From Candidatus Liptonbacteria bacterium (GTDB lineage Bacteria > Patescibacteriota > Minisyncoccia > UBA6257 > 2-01-FULL-56-20): DNA of 64,000 bases. The position numbers were made by a program, and so were the translations under genes. The first letter of the stretch is position 1. Every line of letters begins with the position of its first letter. Below, piece after piece: positions 47,702-57,397 of this stretch. Below the pieces are notes generated by a model, which had not been told where the DNA came from, ran no database searches, and saw nothing but the letters and a program-made list of their open reading frames with translations. The stretch covers positions 4,988 through 68,987 of the forward strand of contig JACQKU010000014.1 of the NCBI GenBank assembly GCA_016204335.1, given 5' to 3'.

Positions 47702-48457
47702 ATGGCCCGTATGGATTCAGGTAGGGGGATAGTGTTGGTTGGCGTACTTAAAAGAAAACGCGACCTCACGATTCTCCTGCGTGAGCGCTGGTATCGTATT
47801 CCTCGCGCATGGTTTCCGAAAAGGAAATTTCAATATCTCGCGTTTTATCAACCTGCTTTGTTCGGCCGGCAAGGGAAGCGGATTCAGTATTATGCGCGCG
47901 TGATGCGTTGCGAGACACATAAGCGGCGCGGATTGTTGCCGCGCGAATCCGTGCATCCGAACGCCGACGCGGAGTATGCGCAGATCCATGTCGCCGATAT
48001 CAAAAAACTGCCAAAAGCGATTATAAATCGTCGGCCGGGACAGCCACGACGCGTGTCTTTCGGCTTCACCACGTTCACGTGTTTGAAAACGGCGAGAAAT
48101 ATTTTGGAATTATACCGCGTCGCGCCGACCGAGGAGATGATGGGAAAGGCGCTTGTGGAATCCGGCATTCGGGCGATTCCGCAGCACTATGTTTCGAGCG
48201 GCTTGAAGCGAAGGAAAAAACTATATTGTCTTGATTTTGCGATATTGTGCAAATGGGGCGCGATCGCGATCGAGTGCGACAATCGAAAAGCTCATGTCGG
48301 GGCGCGACAGCGCGCAAAGGACGGGACGAAAGACGCTTTTTTGCGCCGGCGCGGCTGGACCGTGGTCCGGCTTAAGGAAGAAGAAATCGTGCTTCGCCTC
48401 GAGGATTGCATTACTCACATACGTAAAACAATCCAAGCCCTCGGCGGCCAATCCTAA
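47702..48457 (+). CDS. DUF559 (Vsr-like PD-(D/E)xK) domain protein with unknown N-terminal domain
   Basis: C-terminal LDFAILCKWGAIAIECDNRKAH..RRRGWTVVRL. Confidence 0.5.
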   Translation: MARMDSGRGIVLVGVLKRKRDLTILLRERWYRIPRAWFPKRKFQYLAFYQPALFGRQGKRIQYYARVMRCETHKRRGLLPRESVHPNADAEYAQIHVADIKKLPKAIINRRPGQPRRVSFGFTTFTCLKTARNILELYRVAPTEEMMGKALVESGIRAIPQHYVSSGLKRRKKLYCLDFAILCKWGAIAIECDNRKAHVGARQRAKDGTKDAFLRRRGWTVVRLKEEEIVLRLEDCITHIRKTIQALGGQS

Positions 48458-48499
48458 TTACAACATTCTGATATTCTGCAGAATATTAGAATGTTGTAA
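48456..48499 (+). promoter_or_regulatory. palindromic operator-like site TTACAACATTCTGATATTCTGCAGAATATTAGAATGTTGTAA upstream of arsR
   Basis: Near-perfect 36-44-bp palindrome; second copy at 48789-48824 overlapping the arsR stop. Confidence 0.5.
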
Positions 48500-48532
48500 T
48501 GTGATATACTTACTTACGATACAATCGATACA

Positions 48533-48799
48533 ATGAAAACCTCAAAGCAACTTGAACGGTATTTTAAGGGTGCGGCCAATCATTGGCGTATTTCCGTTTT
48601 GTTTCTTATTGAGAAAAACGAAGGAATTACTGTTCAGGGAATTACTTCAGCACTCGGCGGAAATTTCAAAACTATCTCCCAACATACGCGAGCATTGGTG
48701 CAGGCTGGCCTTTTGAATAAAAAGTATCGCGGCCAGGAAGTTATGCATTCGCTCTCTCCTTATGGAAAATCATTCGTCCGTTTCATGAAAACATTCTAA
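48533..48799 (+). CDS. ArsR/SmtB family winged-helix transcriptional regulator
   Basis: ISVLFLIEKNEGITVQGITSALGGNFKTISQHTRALVQAGLL. Confidence 0.6.
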   Translation: MKTSKQLERYFKGAANHWRISVLFLIEKNEGITVQGITSALGGNFKTISQHTRALVQAGLLNKKYRGQEVMHSLSPYGKSFVRFMKTF

Positions 48800-48824
48800 T
48801 ATTCTGCAGAATATCAGAATGTTT
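48789..48824 (+). promoter_or_regulatory. second copy of palindrome AAACATTCTAATATTCTGCAGAATATCAGAATGTTT
   Basis: See 48456-48499. Confidence 0.5.
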
Positions 48825-48856
48825 TATGTAAAGTGGCTTTTAGTTTAAGGATTTTT

Positions 48857-49537
48857 CTAATTCCGCTTCTCAAGCGCGGCGCCTAAAGTGTCGTCGTCGG
48901 CGAATTCAATTTCGCCTCCAGTGGGGAGGCCGCGGCCGAGACGAGTAATTTTTTTCGCGAGCGGTTTCAGTTCCTTTTCGACAAGCGAAGAATTAAAATC
49001 GCCGTGACTTGTAGGATTGAATCCCAAGATGATTTCTTCCGCCTGCCCTGAGCCCGGTTGAAGGGCTTGCCCTGCTACGGCACCTGTCGAATGAGTCGTA
49101 TCCGGCGTATTTGACGTGTGTGTCGAATTTTTCGAATTGGCGATGAAATTTTTAAGATTTTGCAACCGGAGTTTTTGTCGGTCATCAAGAATGCCGGTTT
49201 TGGAAATCGCGCCCATAATGAAATACCGGCCGTTGAACCGAGACGTATTTTCAATTGAAAGGAGGTCGGTTTCTTTTTCGACAATCATTATTATGTCCTG
49301 CCTGCGCGCCGGGCTCCGGCAAATGTCGCAGAGCGTGTCCGGATTCTGGTGAATGAAGAAACACCGCTCGCATATTTTTATTTTTTTAAGTTCGTCGATG
49401 TTTTGCGAGAGGTTTTGGATGTTGTTCGAGCCAAGGCCAATGAGATAAAAAACAAGCCGGATAGCTTGTCTCGGTCCGATGGAAGGCAGTTCTGCAAGCG
49501 CGTCAACGAGCGCGCGGATGGAATCTGGCAGTTTCAT
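48857..49537 (-). CDS. recR: recombination protein RecR (with ~40-aa low-complexity insertion)
   Basis: HhH N-terminus, C4 zinc finger CERC..CDIC, Toprim; insert NSTHTSNTPDTTHSTGAVAG.. Confidence 0.85.
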   Translation of the reverse strand: MKLPDSIRALVDALAELPSIGPRQAIRLVFYLIGLGSNNIQNLSQNIDELKKIKICERCFFIHQNPDTLCDICRSPARRQDIIMIVEKETDLLSIENTSRFNGRYFIMGAISKTGILDDRQKLRLQNLKNFIANSKNSTHTSNTPDTTHSTGAVAGQALQPGSGQAEEIILGFNPTSHGDFNSSLVEKELKPLAKKITRLGRGLPTGGEIEFADDDTLGAALEKRN

Positions 49538-50919
49538 TATAAAACATTTTCGCCGACTTCGGCGTTTTCTTCATTATACCGCGTTTCCATATTGCGGAAT
49601 GTCACGCGTTCCTGGTCGAACTTAAGTTTCACGGTGCCGAGCGGGCCGTTCCGGTGCTTTGCGACGAGAATTTCGGCGACATTTTGTTCTTCGGGCGGCA
49701 AGTCCGCGCGGTCGCGGTCTTTCCGATAAATGAAAAGCACGATGTCCGCGTCCTGCTCGATACTTCCGCTTTCGCGAAGGTCGGACAGCCGAGGGGTTTT
49801 GTTGTCGCGCTGTTCGACTCCGCGCGAGAGCTGGGAAACGGCGAGAATCGGAATGTTCAGTTCCCGCGCGAGCGCTTTCAACCCGCGCGAAATTTCGGTG
49901 ATTTGCTGGACCATATTTTCGGAATTGGTTCGCGGCGCGATAAGCTGGAGGTAGTCGACGACAAGAAGACTTAAGCCCTGTTCCATCTGCAATCGCCGCG
50001 CCATCGAGCGCATCTGCAGAATGTTCGGCGAGGGCGTGTCGTCGATGAAGATGTTCGCCTGGGACAGGCGGTCGAGCGATGCCTGAATCATCTGGAATTC
50101 GAGGTCGTCGCTGATTCGCCCCGTGCGGAGTTTCCAGAGCGGAACCTGCGATTCGGCGGCGATAAACCGGTCGATAACTTGCTCGCGCGACATTTCGATG
50201 GAAAATATGCCGACCGGAAGATTGGTTTTTAGCGCGGCATTCCGGACTATATCGAGGACAAACGTGGTTTTTCCGAGCGACGGCCGCGCCCCGACTATGA
50301 TTAAATCGGAGGATTGCAATCCGGAAAGAAGATTGTCCAGACTTGTGAAGCCGGTCGGTATGCCGCGAAGCGCGCCCTTGCCCTCGTGCAATTTTTCGAT
50401 GCGTTCGTACGCGGATTTGAGTTCGTCGCGCAATGGGACGAAGTTCTTTGGCGATGATTTTTGGGAAATCGCGCTGATTTTTTGTTCGATGTCGTCGAGA
50501 ATATCCTCGACTTCTTTGGTCGGCTCGAACGCGCTTTCGGTAATCTGGGCGGACGCTTCAATGAGGTCGCGAAGGATTTTTTTCCCTCGGACGATGTCCG
50601 TGTAATGGTCTATATGCGACGCAGTGGTCACCTGGTTCGTCAATTCCGCGAGATACGAAGAACCGCCGACATCGGCGAGCAATTCTTTTTCTTTGAGCCG
50701 GTTGGTCAGGGTCAGAATGTCGATGGGCTGGCGTTTGTCGTAGAGTTCAACGATTGTTTCGTATATTTTTTCGTGCGCGGGCGCGTAAAAATCCTTCGGC
50801 GTCAGTCGGTCTGCGACTTTGAAAATCGCGTTTTTGTCGATGAGGACGGAACCGAGCACCGACTGCTCGGCTTCAAGATTCTGCGGCGGGAGTTTTATAT
50901 TTGATTTTTTGGGAGGCAT
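49537..50919 (-). CDS. dnaB: replicative DNA helicase DnaB
   Basis: LPPQNLEAEQSVLGSVL, Walker A GARPSLGKTTF, 460 aa. Confidence 0.9.
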   Translation of the reverse strand: MPPKKSNIKLPPQNLEAEQSVLGSVLIDKNAIFKVADRLTPKDFYAPAHEKIYETIVELYDKRQPIDILTLTNRLKEKELLADVGGSSYLAELTNQVTTASHIDHYTDIVRGKKILRDLIEASAQITESAFEPTKEVEDILDDIEQKISAISQKSSPKNFVPLRDELKSAYERIEKLHEGKGALRGIPTGFTSLDNLLSGLQSSDLIIVGARPSLGKTTFVLDIVRNAALKTNLPVGIFSIEMSREQVIDRFIAAESQVPLWKLRTGRISDDLEFQMIQASLDRLSQANIFIDDTPSPNILQMRSMARRLQMEQGLSLLVVDYLQLIAPRTNSENMVQQITEISRGLKALARELNIPILAVSQLSRGVEQRDNKTPRLSDLRESGSIEQDADIVLFIYRKDRDRADLPPEEQNVAEILVAKHRNGPLGTVKLKFDQERVTFRNMETRYNEENAEVGENVL

Positions 50920-52347
50920 TTATTTTTTCGGTTTTATTATCGGGCCTTCTGGCGACTCTTCAATTTTAACTACACTTTCAACTTTAACCGTATCTTCAAC
51001 TATGAATCCTAAAGCATCTATTTCTTTTCTCAACTCATCTGCCTTAACAAACTGTTTAGAACCTCTGTATTTCTCCCGTTCATCGGCCAATTCCTTCACA
51101 TTCGGGGGAATTTCAGCTTCTTTCTCGGGCGTTAGGAATTTAATTCCGAGCGTATCGGCCATTTTATCTGCAAGTGGCTCAACGCCCTTATAGCCAACTA
51201 ACATATAAAAAACACCAAGAGAACCAGCCGTATTTAAATTATCATTCAAGTCTTCTCGAAAGGCGTCTTCATAATTTGTGTCAGAAACATATTGAAAAGG
51301 CTCATTGAATCTGTAATTGCTTAAACTCTCCAATCCCGATTTAGCCGCCTTGAGAGCGGTCATCGTGAAATTCATCTGCTTGCGGTAATTGGTGAGGAGC
51401 GTAAGGTACCGAAACGCCATTCCCGCGTCCGGCATCTCTTTCTCCAAATCTTTCAGCGTATAAAAATTCCCTTCGCTCTTTGCCATTTTTTTGCCGTCCA
51501 CCAATAGGTGTTCATTGTGTGACCAATGATTCACGAACGGTTTGTAAATCGGCTGGCTTTGGGCTATTTCGTTGGTGTGGTGCGGGAAAATAAGGTCGAC
51601 GCCGCCGGTGTGAATATCCGTCGGAGCGCCGCCGAAAGCGACTTTGTTAATGACGGAACATTCTATGTGCCAGCCCGGCCGGCCGTTGCCGAGTTCTTCG
51701 TCTTCCCAGAAAATATTTCCGTCCGACTCGTCCTGTTTTTTCCAAAGCGCGAAATCGCTCAGGTCTTCTTTTTTGTATTCGTCGACTTTCACGCGGGCGC
51801 CGACTTCCTTGCCTTCCAAAAAATCGGGGCCAACCAATCCGCCATAATCGCCGAATTTTTTCTGGTATGTTTCGATACTGAAATAAACGCCGTCGCCGGT
51901 TTTATACGCGTAGCCGAGTTTAATCAGTTTCTTTATAAAATCTTTTATTTCTTCGATTTTGTCGGATACGCGTATAAAAGTTATATTTTCTGAATCGGTC
52001 GGTATATTTACCGCTTCCAAATCTTTTTTAAATTCTTCAAAATATTTATCAGTATATTCACGGAGTTCTTTTGGCGTAGCTTTACTGCCATATTGTTCCA
52101 CGGAGCGCTTGATGGTTTTGTCGTCGACATCGGTTATGTTCATCACCCATCTTACTTTATAGCCGTTATATTGAAGGGCGCGCCGGAGGACATCGGCGAA
52201 AATATAACTCCGGAGATTGCCGATATGCGCGGTGTCGTAAACGGTGGGACCGCACGTATATAGATTCACGGAATTTCCGCCAGAAGGTTTAAACTCCTCA
52301 ATTTCCCGCGATAATGTGTTAAAAAGCCGAATAGACATAAGGTTCAT
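50920..52347 (-). CDS. cysS: cysteine--tRNA ligase
   Basis: HIGN (TAHIGNLRSY) and KMAKS motifs. Confidence 0.9.
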   Translation of the reverse strand: MNLMSIRLFNTLSREIEEFKPSGGNSVNLYTCGPTVYDTAHIGNLRSYIFADVLRRALQYNGYKVRWVMNITDVDDKTIKRSVEQYGSKATPKELREYTDKYFEEFKKDLEAVNIPTDSENITFIRVSDKIEEIKDFIKKLIKLGYAYKTGDGVYFSIETYQKKFGDYGGLVGPDFLEGKEVGARVKVDEYKKEDLSDFALWKKQDESDGNIFWEDEELGNGRPGWHIECSVINKVAFGGAPTDIHTGGVDLIFPHHTNEIAQSQPIYKPFVNHWSHNEHLLVDGKKMAKSEGNFYTLKDLEKEMPDAGMAFRYLTLLTNYRKQMNFTMTALKAAKSGLESLSNYRFNEPFQYVSDTNYEDAFREDLNDNLNTAGSLGVFYMLVGYKGVEPLADKMADTLGIKFLTPEKEAEIPPNVKELADEREKYRGSKQFVKADELRKEIDALGFIVEDTVKVESVVKIEESPEGPIIKPKK

Positions 52348-52457
52348 TATAGCGAAAATCGTTCTTCATTGAAAGAATGGAAATGGAATTGAGGATGATA
52401 AAAATTACTGCGGGACCTATGCATTGCGCATAAGTCCCGCGTCTACGGAATCGGCCA

Positions 52458-52769
52458 TCAACGGGCGCGCGCTACAGCCTCGTCCCGCCCGCCGCTGATG
52501 TCGATGAGATGCTCGACGGCCGTGATTGTTATTCGGCCGTCCCTCGAGTTTCCCGTGTGAGCCGCCCCCATTACGGCGGCAATGGCCCGGTTTACATCTC
52601 CGTCAGGGACGGTGATGTCTACCTGAACCATTGGGACATCCAAGTGCCAGTTCCAGCCCGCGATGTGGCGGACCTCACGCACCGTCACGCCGGAGAAACC
52701 CGCCACAGAGAGCGCTTCCAATACCTCGTTTAACTTACGTTGCTTGATTATCGCCTCTACATTCTTCAT
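52458..52769 (-). CDS. P-II-like family protein (GlnB-like fold)
   Basis: MKNVEAIIKQRKLNEVLEALSVAGFSGVTVREV pattern parallels GlnB; 103 aa. Confidence 0.45.
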   Translation of the reverse strand: MKNVEAIIKQRKLNEVLEALSVAGFSGVTVREVRHIAGWNWHLDVPMVQVDITVPDGDVNRAIAAVMGAAHTGNSRDGRITITAVEHLIDISGGRDEAVARAR

Positions 52770-52919
52770 CCTGTCCTCCTTGATGGGTTAACAGCATGCC
52801 ATCCATATTAAATTTTCGGCGAGAATACCTAACTCATTTGATATCACAAGTTTCCGGCGATGTCAAAAAAATCTGGCGGTCAATAGCATAAGTTTTCAGT
52901 TTGAATAAATTATCACGCG

Positions 52920-52949
52920 CCGGCCGCTATGCTATAGCATAGCGGCCGG
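52920..52949 (+). repeat. 30-bp perfect palindrome CCGGCCGCTATGCTATAGCATAGCGGCCGG
   Basis: Core GCTATGCTATAGCATAGC shared with 53044-53079 and 57643-57666. Confidence 0.8.
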
Positions 52950-53043
52950 AAATGTCGGAGCGAGAGGCAGGTTTCATAGATTTTTTCAGCAACGGAAACC
53001 GGTGTCTTTTTTGGAGAAGCTTTCGCAAGTCCAACCGGCTTGG

Positions 53044-53079
53044 CCTTCTGCCGCTATGCTATAGCATAGCGGCAGAAGG
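53044..53079 (+). repeat. 36-bp perfect palindrome CCTTCTGCCGCTATGCTATAGCATAGCGGCAGAAGG
   Basis: Same core, 125 bp from the previous copy. Confidence 0.8.
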
Positions 53080-53127
53080 CATTTTACTGCCAGTAATACT
53101 TATACAAACGGGGACCTCACGCGAAGT

Positions 53128-54048
53128 TCAGAGCCACCGTTTGCTCTTGAAAAAAATAAACATCGCGATGATAACGCCCGCCATAATGCCGAGCACAATC
53201 CAGAATCCGCCGGGATGGTTAACGAATGGAACGCCGTCCGCCCTGACGCTGAAAATTCCCGCTATCAGCATCAGTGGAAACGTTGAAAACGCCAGGATTG
53301 TAAACGTTTTCATAATCTCATTCGTTTTGACGTTCATAAGCTGATTATTGGTTGCTTCGAAATCGGCGACCGCTTCGCGGTACGAATCGAGCCGGTTGAG
53401 CAGTTTCAGATATTCGCCGAGCAAATCTGCAAGATACGCGCGACTCTGCGGCCCCCAGAAATTGACGCCGTTTTCAAGAAGCGAGTTGAAGAGATGCTGC
53501 TGAGGCCTCACAATCAGCTGGTATTCCGAGAGGTCGCGCTTGAGATAAGAAATTTTTTTCAGCAATTCTTTCTCTTTGTCGTTGAAAAGCTCGTTTGCGA
53601 CCGATTCCGTTTTTTCTTCGATATGATTGAGCTCGCGCTGATTGAAATTGATGAGGTGGCCTAAAAAATCGCGGGTCAGCTTCAAAGTGTTGTCCAACGT
53701 GTTTTTTTTGAATTCTTCGTCTTTGAGCGATTGTTTGAAATCGGAATATGCTTCGATGTCGTCATAGCGAACCGTAATGACTTCGTTTTTCGTTATCAAA
53801 AAATCGATTTCCGCCCGGCGCGAGACCTTTTCCTCGGAATCGTAGACCGGGGAATAATATACGAGATAAAGATATTCGCCGAATGATTCGACTTTCGCGC
53901 GGGCGGAGGATTCTTTCAGTTCTTCCATGATAATCGGATGGAAATTGAAATTTTCTTTCAGCCACGCAATGTCTTCGTCTTGCGGCCGGAAAATATCAAT
54001 CCACCGGACTTTTCCCTGCACAATATCCATTAGGATAATTATAAACAT
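53128..54048 (-). CDS. CorA-like divalent cation transporter (non-canonical GMN loop)
   Basis: Two C-terminal TM helices; IAGIFSVR where CorA normally has YGMNF. Confidence 0.65.
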   Translation of the reverse strand: MFIIILMDIVQGKVRWIDIFRPQDEDIAWLKENFNFHPIIMEELKESSARAKVESFGEYLYLVYYSPVYDSEEKVSRRAEIDFLITKNEVITVRYDDIEAYSDFKQSLKDEEFKKNTLDNTLKLTRDFLGHLINFNQRELNHIEEKTESVANELFNDKEKELLKKISYLKRDLSEYQLIVRPQQHLFNSLLENGVNFWGPQSRAYLADLLGEYLKLLNRLDSYREAVADFEATNNQLMNVKTNEIMKTFTILAFSTFPLMLIAGIFSVRADGVPFVNHPGGFWIVLGIMAGVIIAMFIFFKSKRWL

Positions 54049-54174
54049 ATCTCATTTTTTATTCCAGTAGCCGTCTTCTCTGCGGAGGAGATTTTCGGTT
54101 CGAGAGGGGCCGCCTAATCTTATCCAATGCGGAGCCCTTGCATTCCCGTTAATCTATCCTGTATAATTCCTGCC

Positions 54175-55269
54175 ATGCTTACGGACGATAAAAACGGCGT
54201 TTTGAGTTCGGTTCTGCTGCAAACTTTGAAAAGCGAACTTTCCGGAGTTCGTCTCCGCGAAGGCGAAGTTGTGGAAGCCGAGCTTTTGAGAAAAACGCCC
54301 CGGGCGATTTTTTTCGACATCGGAAAATTCGGCACGGGGATTCTCTATGGAGCCGAATTGCTGAACGCGAGGGAGATGACCAAAAAGCTGAATCCCGGCG
54401 AGCGCATACCGGCAAGAATCGAAAATATGGAAGGCGAAGGGGGATACGTCGAGCTTTCGCTGGCGGAAGCGGGGAAACAGCGGCTGTGGCAGCAGGTTCA
54501 GGAGCTTCAGGATGCCGGCGAAATTTTGAAAGTGAAAATAGGCGGAGCGAATGCCGGCGGTCTGATGACGGACCTCGCCGGACTCAAAGCGTTCCTGCCG
54601 GTTTCACAGCTTTCCGCGGAGCATTACCCGAAGGGAACGGAAGGCGACCCGCAGAAAAATCTTGAGGCGCTGAAAAAATTCGTCGGGCAGGAATTGAATG
54701 TCAAAATCATAGCGGTCAATCCGCGCGCGAATAAGCTCATAATTTCGGAGCGCGAGACGGTTGGGACGAATATCAAAGAACTTCTTGCCGCATACCAGGT
54801 CGGCCAGACCGTCGGCGGCGTGGTGTCGGGAATCGCCGATTTCGGAATTTTCGTCCGTTTCGTCGACAATCCGCAGATTGAGGGACTTGTGCATATTTCG
54901 GAGATAGATTACCGGCTGATAGAAAATCCGAAGGAAATCGTGAACCTCGACGAAGCCATACAAGTGAAGATTATTGATATCCGGGAAGGCCGGGTTTTTC
55001 TTTCAATGAAAGCGCTGAAAACGGACCCGTGGGAGAAAATTGCGGAACGGTATCATGCCGGACAGGAAATCATCGGCGCTGTCTATAAATTCAATCCGTT
55101 CGGCGCGGTCATCGATGTCGAAGGCGGAGTTCAGGGGTTGATTCACGTTTCCGAATTCGGCAGTATCGAGGAAATGAAAAAAACGCTTATCCTTAAGGAA
55201 TCCCATTCGTTTGTCATTGACTCGCTGAAGCCGGAAGAGCGGCGGATGATTTTGAAGTTGAAACGGTAG
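54175..55269 (+). CDS. rpsA: S1 RNA-binding domain protein (short ribosomal protein S1 homolog)
   Basis: Four S1 repeats; start at MLTDDKNG preferred over ORF-track 54127. Confidence 0.7.
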   Translation: MLTDDKNGVLSSVLLQTLKSELSGVRLREGEVVEAELLRKTPRAIFFDIGKFGTGILYGAELLNAREMTKKLNPGERIPARIENMEGEGGYVELSLAEAGKQRLWQQVQELQDAGEILKVKIGGANAGGLMTDLAGLKAFLPVSQLSAEHYPKGTEGDPQKNLEALKKFVGQELNVKIIAVNPRANKLIISERETVGTNIKELLAAYQVGQTVGGVVSGIADFGIFVRFVDNPQIEGLVHISEIDYRLIENPKEIVNLDEAIQVKIIDIREGRVFLSMKALKTDPWEKIAERYHAGQEIIGAVYKFNPFGAVIDVEGGVQGLIHVSEFGSIEEMKKTLILKESHSFVIDSLKPEERRMILKLKR

Positions 55270-55308
55270 ATTTCACTTTTTTTGTCAGATAATTTATTCT
55301 TAGCTTGC

Positions 55309-55328
55309 GCCGGACTAGCTCATTGGTA
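55309..55328 (+). repeat. 20-nt duplicate of the tRNA-Phe 5' end (GCCGGACTAGCTCATTGGTA)
   Basis: Identical to 55626-55645. Confidence 0.75.
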
Positions 55329-55389
55329 CCTGCCTGCCGGCAGGCAGGGAGCGCAATCCTGGAATAGAAAATGGGTTCCTATCTTGTGC

Positions 55390-55635
55390 ATGGAATATTT
55401 TGTTTATATAATTCGAAGCGGTAAGGATAACAGTAATTACACTGGTTTGACTGCGAATTTAGAACGAAGAGTTGCTGAACATAACAAAAGTGATACGAAA
55501 ACCACTCGTTCTAAAAAGCCATGGAGGTTAATATACTTTGAAAAGTACTCATCACGGATTGAAGCAAGAAAACGAGAAAAATATTTAAAAAGCGGCACTG
55601 GACGTGAACTAAGGAAACAACTACTGCCGGACTAG
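55390..55635 (+). CDS. GIY-YIG nuclease family protein (homing-endonuclease-like), AT-rich
   Basis: YFVYIIRSGKDNSNYTGLTANLERRVAEHN GIY-YIG motif; stop TAG lies inside the tRNA-Phe 5' end. Confidence 0.65.
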   Translation: MEYFVYIIRSGKDNSNYTGLTANLERRVAEHNKSDTKTTRSKKPWRLIYFEKYSSRIEARKREKYLKSGTGRELRKQLLPD

Positions 55636-55697
55636 CTCATTGGTAGAGCGCTACCCTGAAGAGGTAGGCGTACCCAGTTCGATTCTGGGGTCCGGCA
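55626..55697 (+). tRNA. tRNA-Phe (anticodon GAA)
   Basis: GCCGGAC-TA-GCTC-ATTGGTA-GAGC-G-CTACC-CTGAAGA-GGTAG-GCGT-ACCCAG-TTCGATT-CTGGG-GTCCGGC-A. Confidence 0.8.
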
Positions 55698-55975
55698 CAT
55701 ATTAGATTTTGTTCGCGCAATGCGCGCTACAAAATCTTCCCTGCCTGCCGGTAGGCGGGTATCCCGCCGCCGGCGGGACTGGGAAAATTTTTTCTGCTCA
55801 CTGGTGGAGCGAAAAGAATTTTCCTGCTTCCGAAACTGTGCAAAACTTATTTTGCTTTTTAGCGAAATAAATTTATTATTCGTATAATACTTCAGTATTG
55901 ATTTTTTTAGGCGATTCAGAATTGATTGTCCCTTTGGGGGAATAAAAGTTTCTCCGAGTTTCTCCAAACCGGGCA

Positions 55976-56239
55976 ATGAAGCCCAAAGAAAGGAAGGAGT
56001 ACCTTGACATGAAAAAGGGAATCCGAGAGTGGGAGTGTCCCGAGAAGTGCGGAAAACCCAGTAGCAACTGTAAGCATTACAACCTCCAATGGATGAATCA
56101 AGTTGACCCATTCCAATATTGTGGGGGTTGTGGGGTCAAGAGGCGAGCTTCAAGTCTTAAGAGAAGAAGCGACGGCAAAGATGTCTGCTCAGTGTGCTTT
56201 CGGGGAGGTCTGCTCTATCCGAGAAGAACGAGACCGTAG
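55976..56239 (+). CDS. hypothetical cysteine-rich small protein
   Basis: CPEKCG, CKHY, CGGCG, CSVC clusters; 87 aa. Confidence 0.3.
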   Translation: MKPKERKEYLDMKKGIREWECPEKCGKPSSNCKHYNLQWMNQVDPFQYCGGCGVKRRASSLKRRSDGKDVCSVCFRGGLLYPRRTRP

Positions 56240-56347
56240 TCCACGCCGCCATGGGAAACCATGAGCGGTGTGTGTATTTTAAAAGGGTATTTAACCGAAA
56301 CTTCGCGGACTAAAATCTTTTTGATAATTTGTGATACAATTTAATCG

Positions 56348-57355
56348 ATGAAACGAAAAAATGTCGTGACAATCGGCGGTGGCACGGGAAATTTTACGGT
56401 CCTGACGGCTCTAAAAAAATATCCGTTCAATTTGAACGCAATAGTGTCTATGGCGGACGACGGAGGCTCGAATGCAATGCTTCGCGACGAACTTGGCGTG
56501 CTCCCGCCGAGCGACATCTCGCAGTGCCTTGTGGCGCTTTCCGCTTCCGAAAAATGGATGCGGGAACTTATGAATTTCAAATTTCCGGGCGGCAGATTGC
56601 GCGGCCATCGCGTCGGCAATCTTTTTCTTTCTGCCCTTGAAATAATGAGCGGCAGTTTTGACGCGGCCGTGGAAAGGGTTTCGGAAATTCTCCGCATTGA
56701 AGGAAGGGTTATTCCCGTCACGCTCGAAAAAGTAAGATTGGCGGCGTATCTGAAAAACGGAACAATAATTCGCGGAGAGGACGGGATGGACGAAAAAATA
56801 TACGCCGCCGGCGCCGCCAATCTTAAAAAAATTTCTTTCCAGTCAAGAGCCCGGGCGAATCCGAAGGCGCTCCAAGCCATTCGGCATGCTGATTTTATCG
56901 TGATAGGCCCGGGGGACGTGTACACGAGCCTCGTACCGAATTTTCTTGTTTCCGGAATTCCGGACGCGATACGAAAAAGCCGGGCGAAGAAAATCTACAT
57001 CTGCAACCTGATGTCTAAAGCGGGACGCGCGGAAAAACTCGGCGTCGCCGATTTTGTGAACACGGTCGAATCGTATCTCGGCGCAAAATTTGATTACGTT
57101 GTTTACAATAACAGTCGGCCGCCGCCATCCTTGCTTGAAAAATATACTCGCAAAGGTGAGTCGTTGGTGAGATGGCATGGCGTTTCCGATTCTGACGCAT
57201 ATGGCAAGCGTTACATCGGCAGCGACCTCATAAACAGAACCGCTCCAAAACAGATTAAAGGAGACCTTTTGCAAAAGAGCAGGAGCTTAATCCGCCACGA
57301 CCCTTTGTGGCTCGGAAAACTGCTCGCGCGAGTTATTTCCTCCGGCCGAGAATGA
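56348..57355 (+). CDS. yvcK: gluconeogenesis factor / YvcK (UPF0052, CofD-like) family protein
   Basis: VVTIGGGTGNFTVLTAL, LPPSDISQCL. Confidence 0.8.
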   Translation: MKRKNVVTIGGGTGNFTVLTALKKYPFNLNAIVSMADDGGSNAMLRDELGVLPPSDISQCLVALSASEKWMRELMNFKFPGGRLRGHRVGNLFLSALEIMSGSFDAAVERVSEILRIEGRVIPVTLEKVRLAAYLKNGTIIRGEDGMDEKIYAAGAANLKKISFQSRARANPKALQAIRHADFIVIGPGDVYTSLVPNFLVSGIPDAIRKSRAKKIYICNLMSKAGRAEKLGVADFVNTVESYLGAKFDYVVYNNSRPPPSLLEKYTRKGESLVRWHGVSDSDAYGKRYIGSDLINRTAPKQIKGDLLQKSRSLIRHDPLWLGKLLARVISSGRE

Positions 57356-57397
57356 TCCCCACACTAAACGAGCACTGAGATTTTCACAAAAAGCTTT

